A DNA stretch of 64,000 nucleotides from Tubulanus polymorphus (taxonomy: Eukaryota; Animalia; Nemertea): NCBI RefSeq assembly GCF_964204645.1, contig NC_134025.1, forward strand, positions 24,098,299 to 24,162,298, given 5' to 3'. Within the stretch, counting starts at the first letter, position 1. Each line of letters opens with the position of its first letter. Below the pieces are notes generated by a model, which was not told the origin of the DNA, did not search any database, and saw nothing but the letters and a program-made list of their open reading frames with translations. Made by a program: the position numbers and the translations under genes. Below, piece by piece: positions 13,201 to 28,200 of the stretch.

Positions 13201-16200
13201 GAGTACATGAGACTCAGTTTCCATAAGAAATGCCCCATCTATGGCTTTGTTCGTGGGCCTGTTGCGATAAGTGCTACACTGTCGCCGAAATCACACGGAG
13301 GCGATTTGGCCCCGGTCAAATTGACCCGCTCCAGAATCGAGTCAAATTTGGCCCATGCCTAATTAGAAAATGTTAATCACTCAACACTAATGCTTAAACA
13401 AAGTGAGTAACTTCCAGAACCAGTAAGCATTCACACACAATAACTTTACCCATGGTAAATTTGGCCTGGTTCGTCGATTTTAGCCTGGCCATGTATGGAC
13501 TGGATCAAACGGGCACGGGCCCATTCGGCACTCAAACCAATGGTTGGCCCAAGCAAAAAACACGTGCGATCACGACTGAAGTCATCATTTTACTCAGTCG
13601 CTTTTTTAAACCGCAATCATTTATGCAATAACGGCGTGCGATGCTTTGAAGTGTAACGGTTCCGGCGTGAGATGCATTAAAACCGCGTGCGTCGCCCGCG
13701 GATATCAAATGAAACGAAACGCGTTTTGAAACAATACTCGTACAAAAAATATCCGAAACGTTTCATCCCTTTCATTCGCGGCGAAATCGAATAATCTTCG
13801 CACATCAAACTACGCCGCGTGACAAAGGAACACCTTTTGTAGATGAGATGCGACGGTTTCATCAATAGTCGATTTCATAGTAATTGAATCAAACGAATTC
13901 AATAAGAATCAATTTCTCGGCAATACCGGAATAGTGAGCTTGAAGTTATGCACGCACAATGCTGACAATTTCTACAATACCGACAATTTCTACAATACTG
14001 TGTAGTAGCATCACGATTAATAAAACACTATATCCGTGTTGAAGCGATGAAGAGAGAATCCCACAATAATAACGAAAAAACAGTCCGAAAATGTAACTGA
14101 AGCTAAAGTTTATTCAACGTTTCGACTACATCCTAATAGTCATCTTCAGGAATAATGTGTAGTGGCATAAAGCGATGTGTTGGATTTATAGGTTTCGATA
14201 CTGGCAGTGATGAGGACTTTGGCCATCAGGTAGAAATTTGTTATTCGAATGCGTGTCCTACCAAAATCATGCTCGATAAAAACCTTTGCCAAAATCTTGA
14301 TCGGAAATGAACGTTATAGATTCCTACCATTTCAGCAGTAATAAAAACACGGATTTGAGAAAAAACGATATGTCGACATAAATACGGCAACTTGTTGAGT
14401 TGGAACACAACAACTCGAGGCCCCGTATCGTTTCTGTAAGGATCGATTCAAAGAGTATGAAATAATCCTACCAAAGGCTGCTACCACAATCTGTAAAAGA
14501 GTTATGAGTGCTGAATTTAAAAAAAAGACTTGCTTCTTGTTTTCTTTTTTGCTACGGCGAATATATTCGCATCATTTTCCTAACAAATGCTTGCTGGAAA
14601 GCGCCGAGTTGCATTTGCCACTATATGTTCCGGCATTCGGAAGATGCTGTTGGTATTATCTTTTTTGTGCGTTTTCGAGGACATGTCCGCACTGTCAATG
14701 CGGCAATTTCCAGACGATGACAACGAGGGTTAAGTGGGATTAATACCATTACCGGCGTAATCGAATGAACGCCATTCCTCAAATAATACACCTTCAGGGG
14801 TAATGCCATCATCAAGTGAATTACATCGAGTTTTTAGCGTCGATTTTTAAAAGGCAAACGCGGAGATTGCCCGGAATTACAGCTACACGTAAAATAGTTC
14901 CCGGATTATGGCTAGTTTTTCATTGTACATGACTATACTTTTGATATTCCACTTATTCACACGTGATTCATATAGGTATGCACTCTAAAACTTCATTTTC
15001 CATCTGCTTAAAATGCAAGCCGCATTACGGAACATGTATCTTGATTAAGGTGGCACTTTCTGATGAATAAATACGACGCGAACATTGGAAATAATTAAAG
15101 AAGTTTAATCCTCTTTGAATACTTCGATTTCAAGAAGACACAGTAGGTATATCAACGCTTTCAAATAACTTGCTTTGAGCGAAAGAAACACTAGATTTCA
15201 GACGACATTTCGAAATGAAAATCCAGAGTCGGCACATTAGTATCAATTTTTCAACCAACTGTAGCGACATCATTTGCAAGTCCACAACAAAGCCTAATCA
15301 TCGCTTATATAGAAAATCTCTGGGGTCCATTATCTTTTTTCTCCGCAGTAACTAATCGTGGAAAGGATAAATTTTCAATGAGGTAACGCTGTATTTAGAG
15401 CCGAAACATGACGACTAATATTACATGAATTCTCATGTTCCATGAAGTCGTCTGCCAGGCGTCCATTAATGGCTTAAATTGTACGCGTAGGATTAAAGCG
15501 ATTCGTAATCGCATTGTCCTTAAAATCGATTCCAGTTTCTGGCGGAATGCGACTCACGAATTGCGGTTCGTCGAAGTACAAACAGAGAGTTTCAGCTCGC
15601 GTTTGATGACAACGCGGACCGCGAGTGAAATACCATCAATCTCGGGGCCCCGATTTCCAAACGTAATCCGTTCCTTTCAACCAGTGTCACTCGGGATAAT
15701 TGCGGGTGACGTATATCGATTTACGAATAGCAGTTGAAAACTGTTTTTTGAGCGCATCAACAGACGAGACGACTGAGATGTTCACTCAATGACAATTTGT
15801 CGAGTGGTCTCAATCATCACTTAACTTAAAGAGCGTCGCTTTGATGACTTTTCAAGAGCGAGAGTTAAATCGAGCTGCAGCTCCGCTTTGAAGAAATTCT
15901 TGAACATCGATATTTCGCATTTTCAAACGTTTAACACACTTGCCTATATAGAAGAGTAGCGTGCGTGCAGCAGCTATTTTCAATTGAAATCATCGCACAC
16001 CTCTCGACGGAAATCGGGGAAATTTTTCAAACAGTACGAAACAATGACTCGATTTATATTTCAGCCTTTTAATGTCAACCGATATCAGCGATGATAACGA
16101 TTGTTGCTAGGTCACTAATGCGCACCATTTGTTGCGGCGATTATACTCCCTGAAAAAAAGATCGATCATTCATTAATAAAATCCATTCCGTTAAAATGTC

Positions 16201-19200
16201 TCTTCGAACTTTGATTGAACGTAAAATTGTAGTAAACTAAAAAATGAATGAAACCAGTTTTTCATTGTTCATTCAATTATCAGGGTGGCAAGTTTGACTG
16301 GACTTGCTTTTTCCCTGAATAGTCCCTGACATACACGTTGTTTTCCCTGACTTAATCTGCTAAGAATCCAATCAAATAACACAGTCAAATACGTAAGACA
16401 ACGGGTAGAGACGGAAACTGATCGATTTTACCGGCAATCTAACACAACAAATTTCCCTGATTTTACCCCTAATTTCAAGCATTTTTACAAAATTACAAGC
16501 ATTACAAGCATTTTTACAAAGACTTTTTCAAAGAGAGAAAAAATTCCCAGACTTTTTCCTGATTTCCGGGATAAGTGGCCATCGCGATTATACTAAAAAT
16601 CAGCTCTGACAGAGAGAGAGACCTTGATTAGAGCGTTTCAGATCAGATTTGAAGAGAATTCCCATTGACAAAACCCGAAGTGTGTCGAGTCAATTCGAGC
16701 GAATGGGATTTCATGAAATACTGGAAGCATCGATGTCACTGCAGTAACCCCATTATCGTCTCGAATGATTCTGCCAATCTGACATTTTCGACGAGGACGA
16801 CATAAGAAACAAGGTAGGCGTAGTAAATCTGCACCCGTCCATTCCAAAAATAACAATCAAATCTCCGGCAATCTACGACGGACGGATCTGAATTGCATTC
16901 ATTTAGGGAAGCAGCCACACGGACATCGTACTACTGCGTTTGACAGTACAGTGAATTTCCTTGACATTTGCTGAATAGGCCTATTATAGATACGGGTCCG
17001 CGGTGAATGTCGAGTGCGGAACAAGAACGCCGAAGTCGGCGGCGTCGTATTTGTTCGAGAGACGCCGCTCGTGAAGACGGTGAGAATCGTAATTCACCGA
17101 TGCCGAAGTCAAGTCGCCTCTTCGCAACGACGTCAGGTTGTCTAATTAGATTGACAGTGACTTCATCTAGGTAGAAATCTCGTACGAGGGGAAGATTTTT
17201 ACGCTCGACGCCAATTTCGCTCGTTGCTCCTCGACCGTAAAAAATCAGATCAGATGAGACGTTAATTAGATTATCTTTTCATTGTCGTACGTTTCTGACA
17301 CGAAACACGCCGAAATAAGCCGACGCCAAAATACCTAGTAAGGTATTCATAGGAAATATTTAAGTGAAATGAATCTAATTTCATTTTTATCAATTACCAA
17401 AAAAAAATGGCACAATCTGACATACGAAGAAGCAGAGCTACTGATAGTTGACGATATCAAATCTATATCCGCGATCACATGAGCACTTTAGGTCCATCCA
17501 TATTTGGCCCAACCAAGAACGTCGGACCTATGAGCAATCATTGAGATGACCAGGCGCGAGCCAAATTTTTGCATGGGTCAAACAATTGCGTGTTAAATGC
17601 AACTGGTTCCGGGTGTGACTCATTTCGCTTTGCTTAATTATCGTTTAGTATCGAATGAGTGGTTTACGTGTAAACGCGATCTTTAATTAGGCACGGACCG
17701 AATTTGACTTGGGCCTGATCAGTGCCAATTTGGTTGCGCCAAATCGTCTCCGTGTGATCGCGGCTATAGAAGACCTTGGTCATTCTGTTATACCGGGGAA
17801 GCACTTAATCGCGGACTCAAGAGACCATTGCTACACTCAGGTGCTGAAGATATAGCCAGATGTCTTGTCAATAAGTAACAAGACAAACTCCTTCATTCTC
17901 CACGTGCAGATATGATGTTCCATCAATACACGATTGACGATGAATGTTCGTAAAGGCTAAAGCAATTCTACATCGGTATCAACAAGCGTATCAGTACCTC
18001 CTACCTCCTCCGTTTTCTAATACAACACAAAAATTCAATGAAATTCATCAACGACTTATGAATACAAATTGAAATCGATCGGAATAATCTACTCGAGGAA
18101 TTCCAGAAATTTCCACAATCACATTCAGGTATACGGTCATAGAATACGGAGATATTATACAGATATATATACTTCTTAGTGCTGTCGGTCCATCTGACAA
18201 TAGAGACGCAGCAGAGCGTAGATAAATGAGAAAGAGAGGAGGAAGATCACTCTGACAACGCAGTGTGATCACACACCAGAGTATATTGGCAATTATATTA
18301 CGAACTGGCGTCTCGTTGCTGGTCGTGATCGTCGTTCTCGGGTGCCAGCGTACGCTCAATCTCTCGCACACACACACACACAGTTCTATCCGAAAGCTCC
18401 GCGCAGTCAACATGCAACGCACAGCGCCGATAACCGCGTCGTAGAACTTTCCACTCGCACTCGCGGCGATCAAAGAGTTAACAATTCCCGCGTTTAACGT
18501 TGTGTACGGTATCGACGTCTTCGGGAAAGCCCCCGCTCCGGTTGCGTTCACCGATAATTTAATAATTTGGTCGCGGAATTGTCGTTCGCAGTCGGATTAG
18601 CCGAAAACAAGGTAAGGACTAGTATTTCATAGTTTGTGTTATACAGTAAGCCTCACCTAACCCGGAAAAACTGGGACCAACAAAATCTGTCCAAGGTAAG
18701 CAAAGTCCGAGTCAAGGGTAGAAAATACTTCAGGAATTCAGAAAAATCATTTTGTTTTTATCCAAGTTAGTCTAAAGTCTGCGTAAGGCGAGGTTTACTG
18801 TATTAATCTTTGTAGTCAGGGCCCAATTCTATAGTCTTAAATCTTAAGATTAGTTCGGCTTGAATCTGGCTTAAATTTGGCTTTCATGTAAGTTTTTGAT
18901 AGCGATGTTCAACAATAATTCCATCTGAATAACGATGCTTTCATGATTCATAAGGTTTGCATGTTTTCACCGGGCACGAGAAGCAACACACAACGCACAA
19001 CGCATAACGCACGTGCACACAAACATATCAAGAAATGCACCTTACGAAAAATTGATTTTCTCTCAAAAGGAAAGTATATAAATAATCGGCTCAGACTTAA
19101 TTACACAAATCAAAAATTTGTATGCATAGGCATCGTCTCTGGCAATGAGAAAATACAGACGTGATCACTGATCAAATTATAACGGTTGATGCTGATTTAT

Positions 19201-22200
19201 TTACGATGACGATGATGATGATGACGATGATAACGTTGTCCAGCGTTGAATTCAGTAGTAAATCGATGCTGATAGAAATGTAAAACCCAGTGCACTATAA
19301 TGAACTCAGACGAATTTTCGTCGATAATAAAATCAACCGCGCGTTAATCAGTCACTCTCCGCTGTCTCCTAATCAGTTCGGAATCGATTAACTAAATACC
19401 GCAGTCGAGATCAATTACGCGCTATTGTTTCGATATTGACAGGGAACGATTGAATTCGAATATCTTCGTAGAGCTTCTGTCTCTCGCAGTCAATCTGCAG
19501 GTTGACTACTGTTGGGATGTATTTGTTAGGGATGTTCAGACGTAGAAGATCTAAGTGATACTAATTAAAACAGTTACTTATCTATCAATTAAGATACTGT
19601 ATAGTAACGCCATCTGTATTGATAATTTTGTTCACTTTATTATTAATTGTCACACGAGTGTAAACACTTTGACGAAATAAACATTATCATTTATCATTGA
19701 TTTGAGAGTCAACATTCGCGATGATCAAGCACTACGAACGAAGAGTTTGGAAATCAGCGACGCTTAAGGTGGTTCCACCATCGCTGAATCTGAACTGTAT
19801 TACAAAACATATAAGTTACTATGTATGCAGGTGAAACATGTAAATATGAGTCAACATGGGAGTCGACAAAAAAAGGATTATGTACCTTTCCGGTGTCAAT
19901 TACCTATCTAGAAAGTTGTTTCATGAAATGTTATAATTTCCGAGGTACTTAACGAAAAAATGTTAAGGGGCTTTTTTCTTGGCGAGGAAATAGTTTTCTC
20001 AAGAGGGCAACCTATGTTTACAACTACACGGTGAATAGAGATGTATAGCCGCTGTGTTACTCGCTAGGCTTGGGAAAAAAACTTTTCTTGACAAATGATG
20101 TTTTCCTTGCCACTGAGATAGCGAGTTATGAGAAAGTGGTCTTTACGAAGGTGATCTATAAGAACTACTGTCAGGCTTCTAAAATAGTCGAAGCGTCTCT
20201 GATGAAAAAATATTTTGGAGCCGCATGCGCAGCACATCATAATTCTACAGATTTTGACCAATTTTTAAAAATAAAAATTCCCACGTAAAAAACTATTATT
20301 TGATAATCAAAAACGCCGACATATCTACTAATCGAAGTTGATGGCTGTCTTTGTGCCGATGCGTGAGGACAAACAGAATTACAGTAATATCGCGGAATTT
20401 GCATTGTAGATCAACCACGTCGAATACAGTCAGTGATTCAGTCGAAATCACGTCTCGCTCATTCACGAAGATGATTGATCGCGATATACTCTTACTTTGA
20501 TGACAATTAGGCAATTATCGATCGACCGACTGAAATCAGACTGAAATCAATAGGCGCGTTGCGACTATTGTGCGGCTGCAATTCGATTTTCAAAAGAGAC
20601 AGAACCACATCTCATTGAACGCTCCGCGAGAGTAGACATCTGAAGCCGTAATAAGATATGTCTAATCCATCCAGTACACTCGTGTACTAAGATAACGTGT
20701 TGACAACGCACGTCCATCATAAGCATTTCAATCGAACATAAAAGTTATGTCTATACAAAGTAAAGGATTCGGACTTCTGGCTAGCGGAAACTAACTAATC
20801 ATACACGCTGTAAGAGTCATCCCGTGATGGTCCATGGAGGGTTTTTTGATAAATTGATGCACCTAGATACTATCTAACTCGAGTTAACACATATTCCATT
20901 GGAGATTTGTAGACGCTATACGCCACGAGCCCGTTTCGAATGACATAAAGACAATGCGCAATGTAACTGCCACTTGCAATGTAATTATACAGGGGCCTGC
21001 CGAATTGAGATATAAATTGCCATTAATGGGAGGGAAATTGACACAAATGAAATTGACCACACAACGTGGCTGCGTAGTAACGCTACCAAGTGACTTCAAA
21101 CGTAATTACGATTTCCAACTGTCCGTGAAACCGTAGTCAAATTGCTCATATTCGATATGATATGGTCCATTATCGAGGCTATAAATATGCGCTGGTCACC
21201 GTATCATTGCGCTGTGGATAGATGAGTGCAGTTTGAAAGTCCGCTGTTTGACATTTCGCGTTACTTATTCATGTACAGCAGTTGAAGCGCAGATCGGTCA
21301 TGTAGTTATTAGCACCGTTACCCATTAGGGAAAAGCTTAGCGATGATGAACCACGGCATGAATCCAGCTTGTTTCATCAGATCAGAACGGTATGTGGGTG
21401 GAAGTCCACGCGGTACCACTCTCAAGAAATGTTTCTCATCCATGTTTGTTTACAGAACAATTCATTTTGTGACATTTCGCGTTGAGCAAAAATTCATTGA
21501 AGAGATCAGATGGATATCTGTCTATCTGATACAAGTATTTCTAAAGCCTTTCCATGTCTTTTTTCTAACCTTGTGTTAGACAAATACGCAGTAACCACGG
21601 TCTTCCGTAATTTGCCCCGGCAATGCCAGAAATCCTCAAACGGATATTGGCCGCGCGAAGTCATCAAATATTTACGAATTTTGTCTTAGAGACCGACGCT
21701 CAGCATGGAAAGCCTTTTTGCCAGATAATTAGCCGCACGGCGATAAACCCGGTTATGTCGTCGGCTAGAAAGCGAGCCCGACGGGAAATGAAATCGGACG
21801 TGGTGCACGAACGAAAATCAATGCGTCGCACTGATTTACAGTTTGTGCACGACGTCACCGAACCCTTCGATCCTACGCCCGAAACGAGTGAAATTAATTT
21901 TCATGTTTTGATGGCATCGCGCGATTATTTATCTCGGACATGGCGTCAAGGCTTTACAACGACGCGCGCCGAATCGAGTGTTTGTATAAATGTGTTATTG
22001 GCATGTGCGGGAACGGTCATCAGACGCCATGACTCGTATAGAATAGAAACGTCATTTACGTCGTATTCGTTGTTGTCTTCTCGCGCGAAATCTTTTTTTC
22101 GCGAAATTATCTTCCCATGCGTCGAATTCAATATCTAGTCTAATTGGTAAACAGCAGCGTGAGTCGTGACTGATAGAAAGAGAAAGATTTGCCCGATGTG

Positions 22201-25200
22201 ACAGCGTTATTGGATGAGAGATCTGTCTCACACTCACTGATATCTGAGTTCCGTTCGGCTGATTCAGCAGTTAATAGCAAAACAGTTTTTCGATTGCTCC
22301 ACCGAGAAGTTATCAATTTCTATTAGTTCGTACGATTGAAGATGGCACGCATGTCCTCGGCGTGAATATTTAATTAGTTTCTCGAAATAAGGACGAGGGA
22401 TCTGCGGACCCCTGACGATTTCGGATCGTTGGACCTCAAGGCATTCAATGATCGATAATACAGAATCTACAGCTATTCATCATAAAAAAAACATCTGATA
22501 GAAATCAATTGACAATCATGTGTTTCATATGAAGCGAATACTCTAGCCTGACAAGTCATCAAAGTATATAGCTATAGCTATGATTATTAGTTATGAATGC
22601 AGCGCATTCCCTTTCTGTCAACTTCTGATTTCTAATAACGAGCTTCAACAACTTCACAGTCACATAAATGATAGTGCGCAGGCAAACAAAAGAGAGATAA
22701 TAAAGTTGAAATATAGGAAAAAAGCACAACATTTCTAAGATGTTTTGGGATGTTGTTAGATCCTAGAATTTTCATAAATCCGAAAACCTGTTGAATGAAC
22801 TCATCAGTGGGTACACAATAAGATTGAAATTTTCCAATTTTCTCTCATGAACTTCCTTTGATTTCCACCCAAACACTTTGGGAAAGAACACCAGTATAGC
22901 TTTTGGTCAACGGCGAGATTGATGATTTTCCAGATCCGAATCGCAAATTGATCGTGCTCCATTTTCTCCCTCCGAACGCTAATAATAGTACGACAATTAC
23001 ACGAAATGTCCAGCCAGCTCTCATCCACGCGCAATTCACTGATTAGTGAACGCAGAGGTGAATGATACTTCAGACATAAGAACAACAACACAAGACTCGT
23101 TTTTCCATTAACACACAATGACAACACGGATAAGCACTTATTGAGCGTGCAAAGAATGACAGCCTCAACAGCAATTACTACGACGGGCTTCTTTTCAACG
23201 TTGACATTTTTCACTTTTTAAACATCCTCGTTCTAGTCAGTCATCGAGTGCTGATGATATTTCGCTGACATCGTTTTTAAGTGAATGAATAGGTTTAGAA
23301 ATGGAGCAAACGAATGTTCGACTATGTTTGTTAAATACTTTAAAAGGTCATGTACATCATATTTCACTTAAGTTTTGATAAAAATTCTTCGGAGAAGCGT
23401 TCTTCAAAGAATTCCCAGCAAGTGCATTCACGAGATACCTGCTCTATATAAATGAAGATGTCACACAGTAGAATCTAAGTTAGGAATGATTTGATATTTA
23501 AGAAGTTAAGTTACAGATAAGAATGATTGGATGTTTTGTAACTTGGATGGGGATAACAGAATGACACAAAGTGACATTAACCAAAATCTAATAAAGAGTT
23601 GAAGTGTCTAGATAATAATTGGTCCGAGATTTGGCCCGACCAAAAATGTCGGCCGAGGCCGAGCCAAATTTTAGCATGGGACAAATGATTGCGTTGAAAT
23701 GCAACTGGTTCTGGAAATGACTCACTTTGTTTTGTTTAAGCATTGTTAAGTATCGAGTGAGTGGTATGCTAGTGAGCACGCTCTCTTATTAGGTAGGCAC
23801 GGACCAAATTTGACGCAGGCCTGATCCATGCCAATCTGGCCCGGGCCAAATCGTCTCCGTGTGATCACGACTTATATGTCTCTTACCTGTTCTCTTCGAG
23901 ATTGCGGCAAGTCTGCATAAGAATCTTACACGATAAGAGATTAACAACTCACTAGACGTACTCTCATGAGAATGGGATTATTGTTCGCTGAAGTCAACGA
24001 TTTCGCGTCGAGCGGGAATTACTTACCACCGGGGAAACGAACTACCTTCACGAGCATCCGACGGCTAACGTCCGCGAGCCACGATAAGACACCCTTACAC
24101 ACATCGATTAAAGATTGAATGACCGCAGAATCGGTCTGTCGAGGTCTCACGTGAACTGAGAGGCAGTTTAGTTACATTAAGTGGCCGGTCAGATAGCTAC
24201 TCAACTATATAGAACATCGTCGTCAGTTGATCATTGGTATTCCGACGAGCAACTTTCATGGATCTATTATCAGATGATGACTCTCACATCGACCGTACTG
24301 TGACACGGCGGCGCATGACAATTCCTATACACGGCTATCTGTTTACTAAACAAACAACACGCGTCTGAATCAATTATAGTTGTGACAGGTCTCTGGATGT
24401 CCTCGGCATACAGCCCAACGCGCACATAAGTAACCAAAACTTTTTGCGCGTCGATGATCGAACTTACAAGCCGACTGTAATATCGATCGAACTGGCCGGC
24501 CTGTTGTTGAGTTTACAGACGGTTTTTGATTAAGAAAATGCTTTCACAAACACAGACCGTATCGATTTGCATCACTCAGTCAGATGTTGTCGCCAAGACC
24601 AATAAGAAAATACATCAGTCCTAATGGAACTTTCCTGAGCGACCGTTAGAGCAAACACATGCAACGAATCTGGATGGAGCTTTTCATATACATACGAGTT
24701 GAAAGATTAGACATTAATTCGGTGATAGGCGATCCCGAAGATGAAAAGAGGGAATACTCACTCACGGAGTAATAACCCCCAGGGACGCAGGTTTCTACGG
24801 ACGAGAATGGAGCGCGCAATCAGATACTAATGAACAACAGAATCTCAGGCAATTCGCATAGATGTTACTTGCGACTGTAAATAAGGCATTCTCAAGTACA
24901 AGTCCCAGCGGCGAGAATCCTAATACAAGTATTACATGTACACATATACATAATCAGCGACTGCTTCATTCATTTTCACTGGACAAGTATTCATATCCAG
25001 TTTCAGAGGGCGAAGAAACATCGTAAAATTGATTAATTAAGATTCTTGATTAACGAGCATATGGAACAGCGTGTAATTTCTCTTCACCTAAACTCAGACT
25101 AAGTTTCATAACTGTTCGTCGGTGCTTCAGCTTCTGCGCGTCGAATTAATCAAACGGAGCATTTATAAGTCACCAAATTAATTAAACAGACATTAATAAA

Positions 25201-28200
25201 CCGACGGGAAATTGGGTGAATCTCGCCTCAGATCAACTCCGCCGCGATGGCTTATTTCAGAATGCGCTACAATTTATAATATCTTGTTGACAGCGAGCAT
25301 TCCTCCGGGAGTAACCTTTAATTAGTGGTTATTAATGGTACCCTCAATGACAACCAGTATATGAGAAACAAAACGTACAAGGATGTCTCAAGAACTTGTT
25401 AAAGGCATTTAACGCTAGGTAACCACAAACTGGTTCAAATTCGCGATGAATCGGGGATGGCAACAGACAGTTTGGGGATGGGCACTCGTATCTCCGTAGA
25501 TGGTGGAAGAACGGGATACAAGTCCAGACAAGTATGCACAGAACTAGCTAAAAAACCTTCTCCATTTTCCTTAGAAAAATGAATTATGAAAAGATAGGAG
25601 TACGAAGGAGTTCAACTAAAAGAAAGACTTAAGCAGCTTGACAATAAAGCTATAGATATGTCACCCAACACCACACATCACTGATTTAGAGAAGAATTTC
25701 TTGAAAACATACTAGAGATTTCATTTCGATTGTAACATGAGAACCAGTGTAGGAGACACACAGGACAAAGTGACATGAACGAGCTCAACGTAGCTTTATG
25801 AGGATTTTGCCGACTAATAAGTCATGTTCAAAGATAGATTACGCCGTGTATACACAACATTATATGACAAGTTCCTGCCATCGGGCAAAAATCATGATCT
25901 GCACTCAACAGAGAGAATGCGGATAATATTGACCAATAGCCAGTGGCTGTACATGTCACTGCCATCATGTGCAGCGCCACTTATTAAAAGAGAGATTTTT
26001 TATCTCTATTGGCACCTATAAGACGATGTTATAACACAAAATGTGATGTGCCCCCTTCCCAAGTCAATGAACTTTACCTAATAAAAAATCAAGAACAGAA
26101 TTTTTAAGGAATATGAACCATAGCTTTCAGGAGAATCACATTTCAGTACAGTATGTACGTTAGAAATAGTGTCAACGGAAAGTAAATGACTTTTGAGATT
26201 CTGAATAATTTGAAATTCACGTGAAAATTCTGAATTGACGAATGAAATTGTTCATGGAATGAGTTTTCGATGATGCTATGTTATCTTGATCATGATTTTC
26301 CAATCAAAAGTTTTGAACGCCTGCAGCATTTCCGTGACAGGTGAGACATCTGCTTCATTATTGAGTGGTTCCCACAACGTGTTATCAGATAGGCCTATAT
26401 TTTCTGATTTAAATTGAAAAATATCGAAAAACATTTATCGGAAATTATCGTGGCTAACTCTCCAGTTTCGCTGGTTATGATTATACCTGTAGGCTATAGT
26501 CAACGCAAATGAATCTATAAAGCAGTGGGGAAAAAACATACATGCCCTTGACTGAAAGTTGAACTTCATTAATAGCATTTAGTGGTTTTAAGCTAGTTTG
26601 AATCATTCACAATAGAAGTTATTACTGGTAAATACTAGATAACTCATGTTTGAATATAATTCAGTAGATTTTGTCTTGAATAACAGGTAAATTTCCGTTG
26701 GTAATGCACTATTAGTGCAGTTGGTAACCTATTAGTGAATACTAGTGTATGAAAAAGAGAATAATAATAATATCAATCAAGGGAATAACAATAGGGTTTT
26801 CTGCTGAATGGTCAGGGTCTGAAATCCCTTTATGCTCGTAGCCAGTATCAAGCAGCACATGATTCAAAATGCCAATACCCTTGAAGCTAATGAAACATTG
26901 ATATCCATACATTATATCGAAAAAATATACTCTTTCTCAGTAATAAAAAATGATTTCTCTGAATGAAATATAATTGATTGACACGATTTATATTGAATAC
27001 GGGATACGACTTATGAGGTTTTAATCTATTTTATAACTGATTGATATCCTGTCGAGTGTGCAGAAAATTCTATTCTGCCACCAGAGAGTGAAAGACCGTA
27101 AATCAGGATAGACATGAACATTCACTTAAGACGGTTTCCAGACATTCTATTGAATGGTTCGAGCAGATCACAACAACCATATTAGGAAAGGCTTTGCACA
27201 TGAATCAATGAAGCAATTAAGATTGCGGCTGGTATATCAATTAACGCCATTCTTAGCTTCCGTAAAGTAACTGATTATACCGAATTCAAGCCGGGAGATA
27301 TTTTTTGCGTGCATCTTTTTGTGGGGTTAACCAAGGATGGAAAATTTCATCATCTATAATACTAATGTGGCTCTACGATAGCACACGGTAAGTTCATTTG
27401 CAAAAACAATCATTTCTAACCCTGGATTGACAATGGATTGGCATTCTTGCTTCATCCTTGTTGTTTCCTCGCATTTGAACTACAAGAACTGCTTCCTTAT
27501 CACTCATCTTTTTCTGAAAAAAAAATCTACATCTGACGGTAGGTATGCACGAGAATGATCAAACATATACAATGGGTAGGTTCATAAGAAACTTTTCTGT
27601 TGCAAACAAGTGACATTAATGTTTGAATTCATTTCTGCAAATACAGTTTCTCGTACTAAACGAAGCCCTGATAAATGAGACAAGTTTCTAATTATGAAGC
27701 TAATGAGCCAATTAATGATTGCAGACACGAGATAAATCTTGTCATAGCTATATTGAACGCATGATATAACATGTTGTGACAGCGAACTTCTGAGACAGCT
27801 CGCGCGGTACCGATAAGAATCATATTCTCGCACAGCACGCAGATCTTTTCTAGCGGACCAGAAATTCTAATACAGTAGGTACGACGCCATCGTGCACAAA
27901 TTCACCAATTAGTGTAGAGCACCTGCGTGATAACGAATAAACATGAGAAAGAATTGATCGTTACCCGTCGGCAAAAACAGCCTCACAATCTACTACTGCC
28001 CGACCCCAAAAACCCTCCCCTGAGATTAATGTTTTATTCATATAAGTCATTAAGAGCTGGCTGAAACAGCTGTACGAGTAGGCCGTACACTGAAATGCGG
28101 CTATATCACCGCTGGCTCATCGTAGATTACGCAGCAAATTCCGATGTGATCTGGTGAACGATATATCGTTCTCGTGACAACAGTCGCATGAATCACACTT

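Noticed and set aside
13964-13998. 18-bp tandem duplication GACAATTTCTACAATAC x2
   Set aside because: Simple local duplication with two units and no spacers; not CRISPR-like.
18048-18551. 167-aa minus-strand ORF
   Set aside because: No recognisable domain, it runs through a (TG)n microsatellite (CVCVC), and it has a non-ATG start.
21623-22138. 171-aa plus-strand ORF
   Set aside because: No motif or convincing splice context; openness is explained by locally higher GC.
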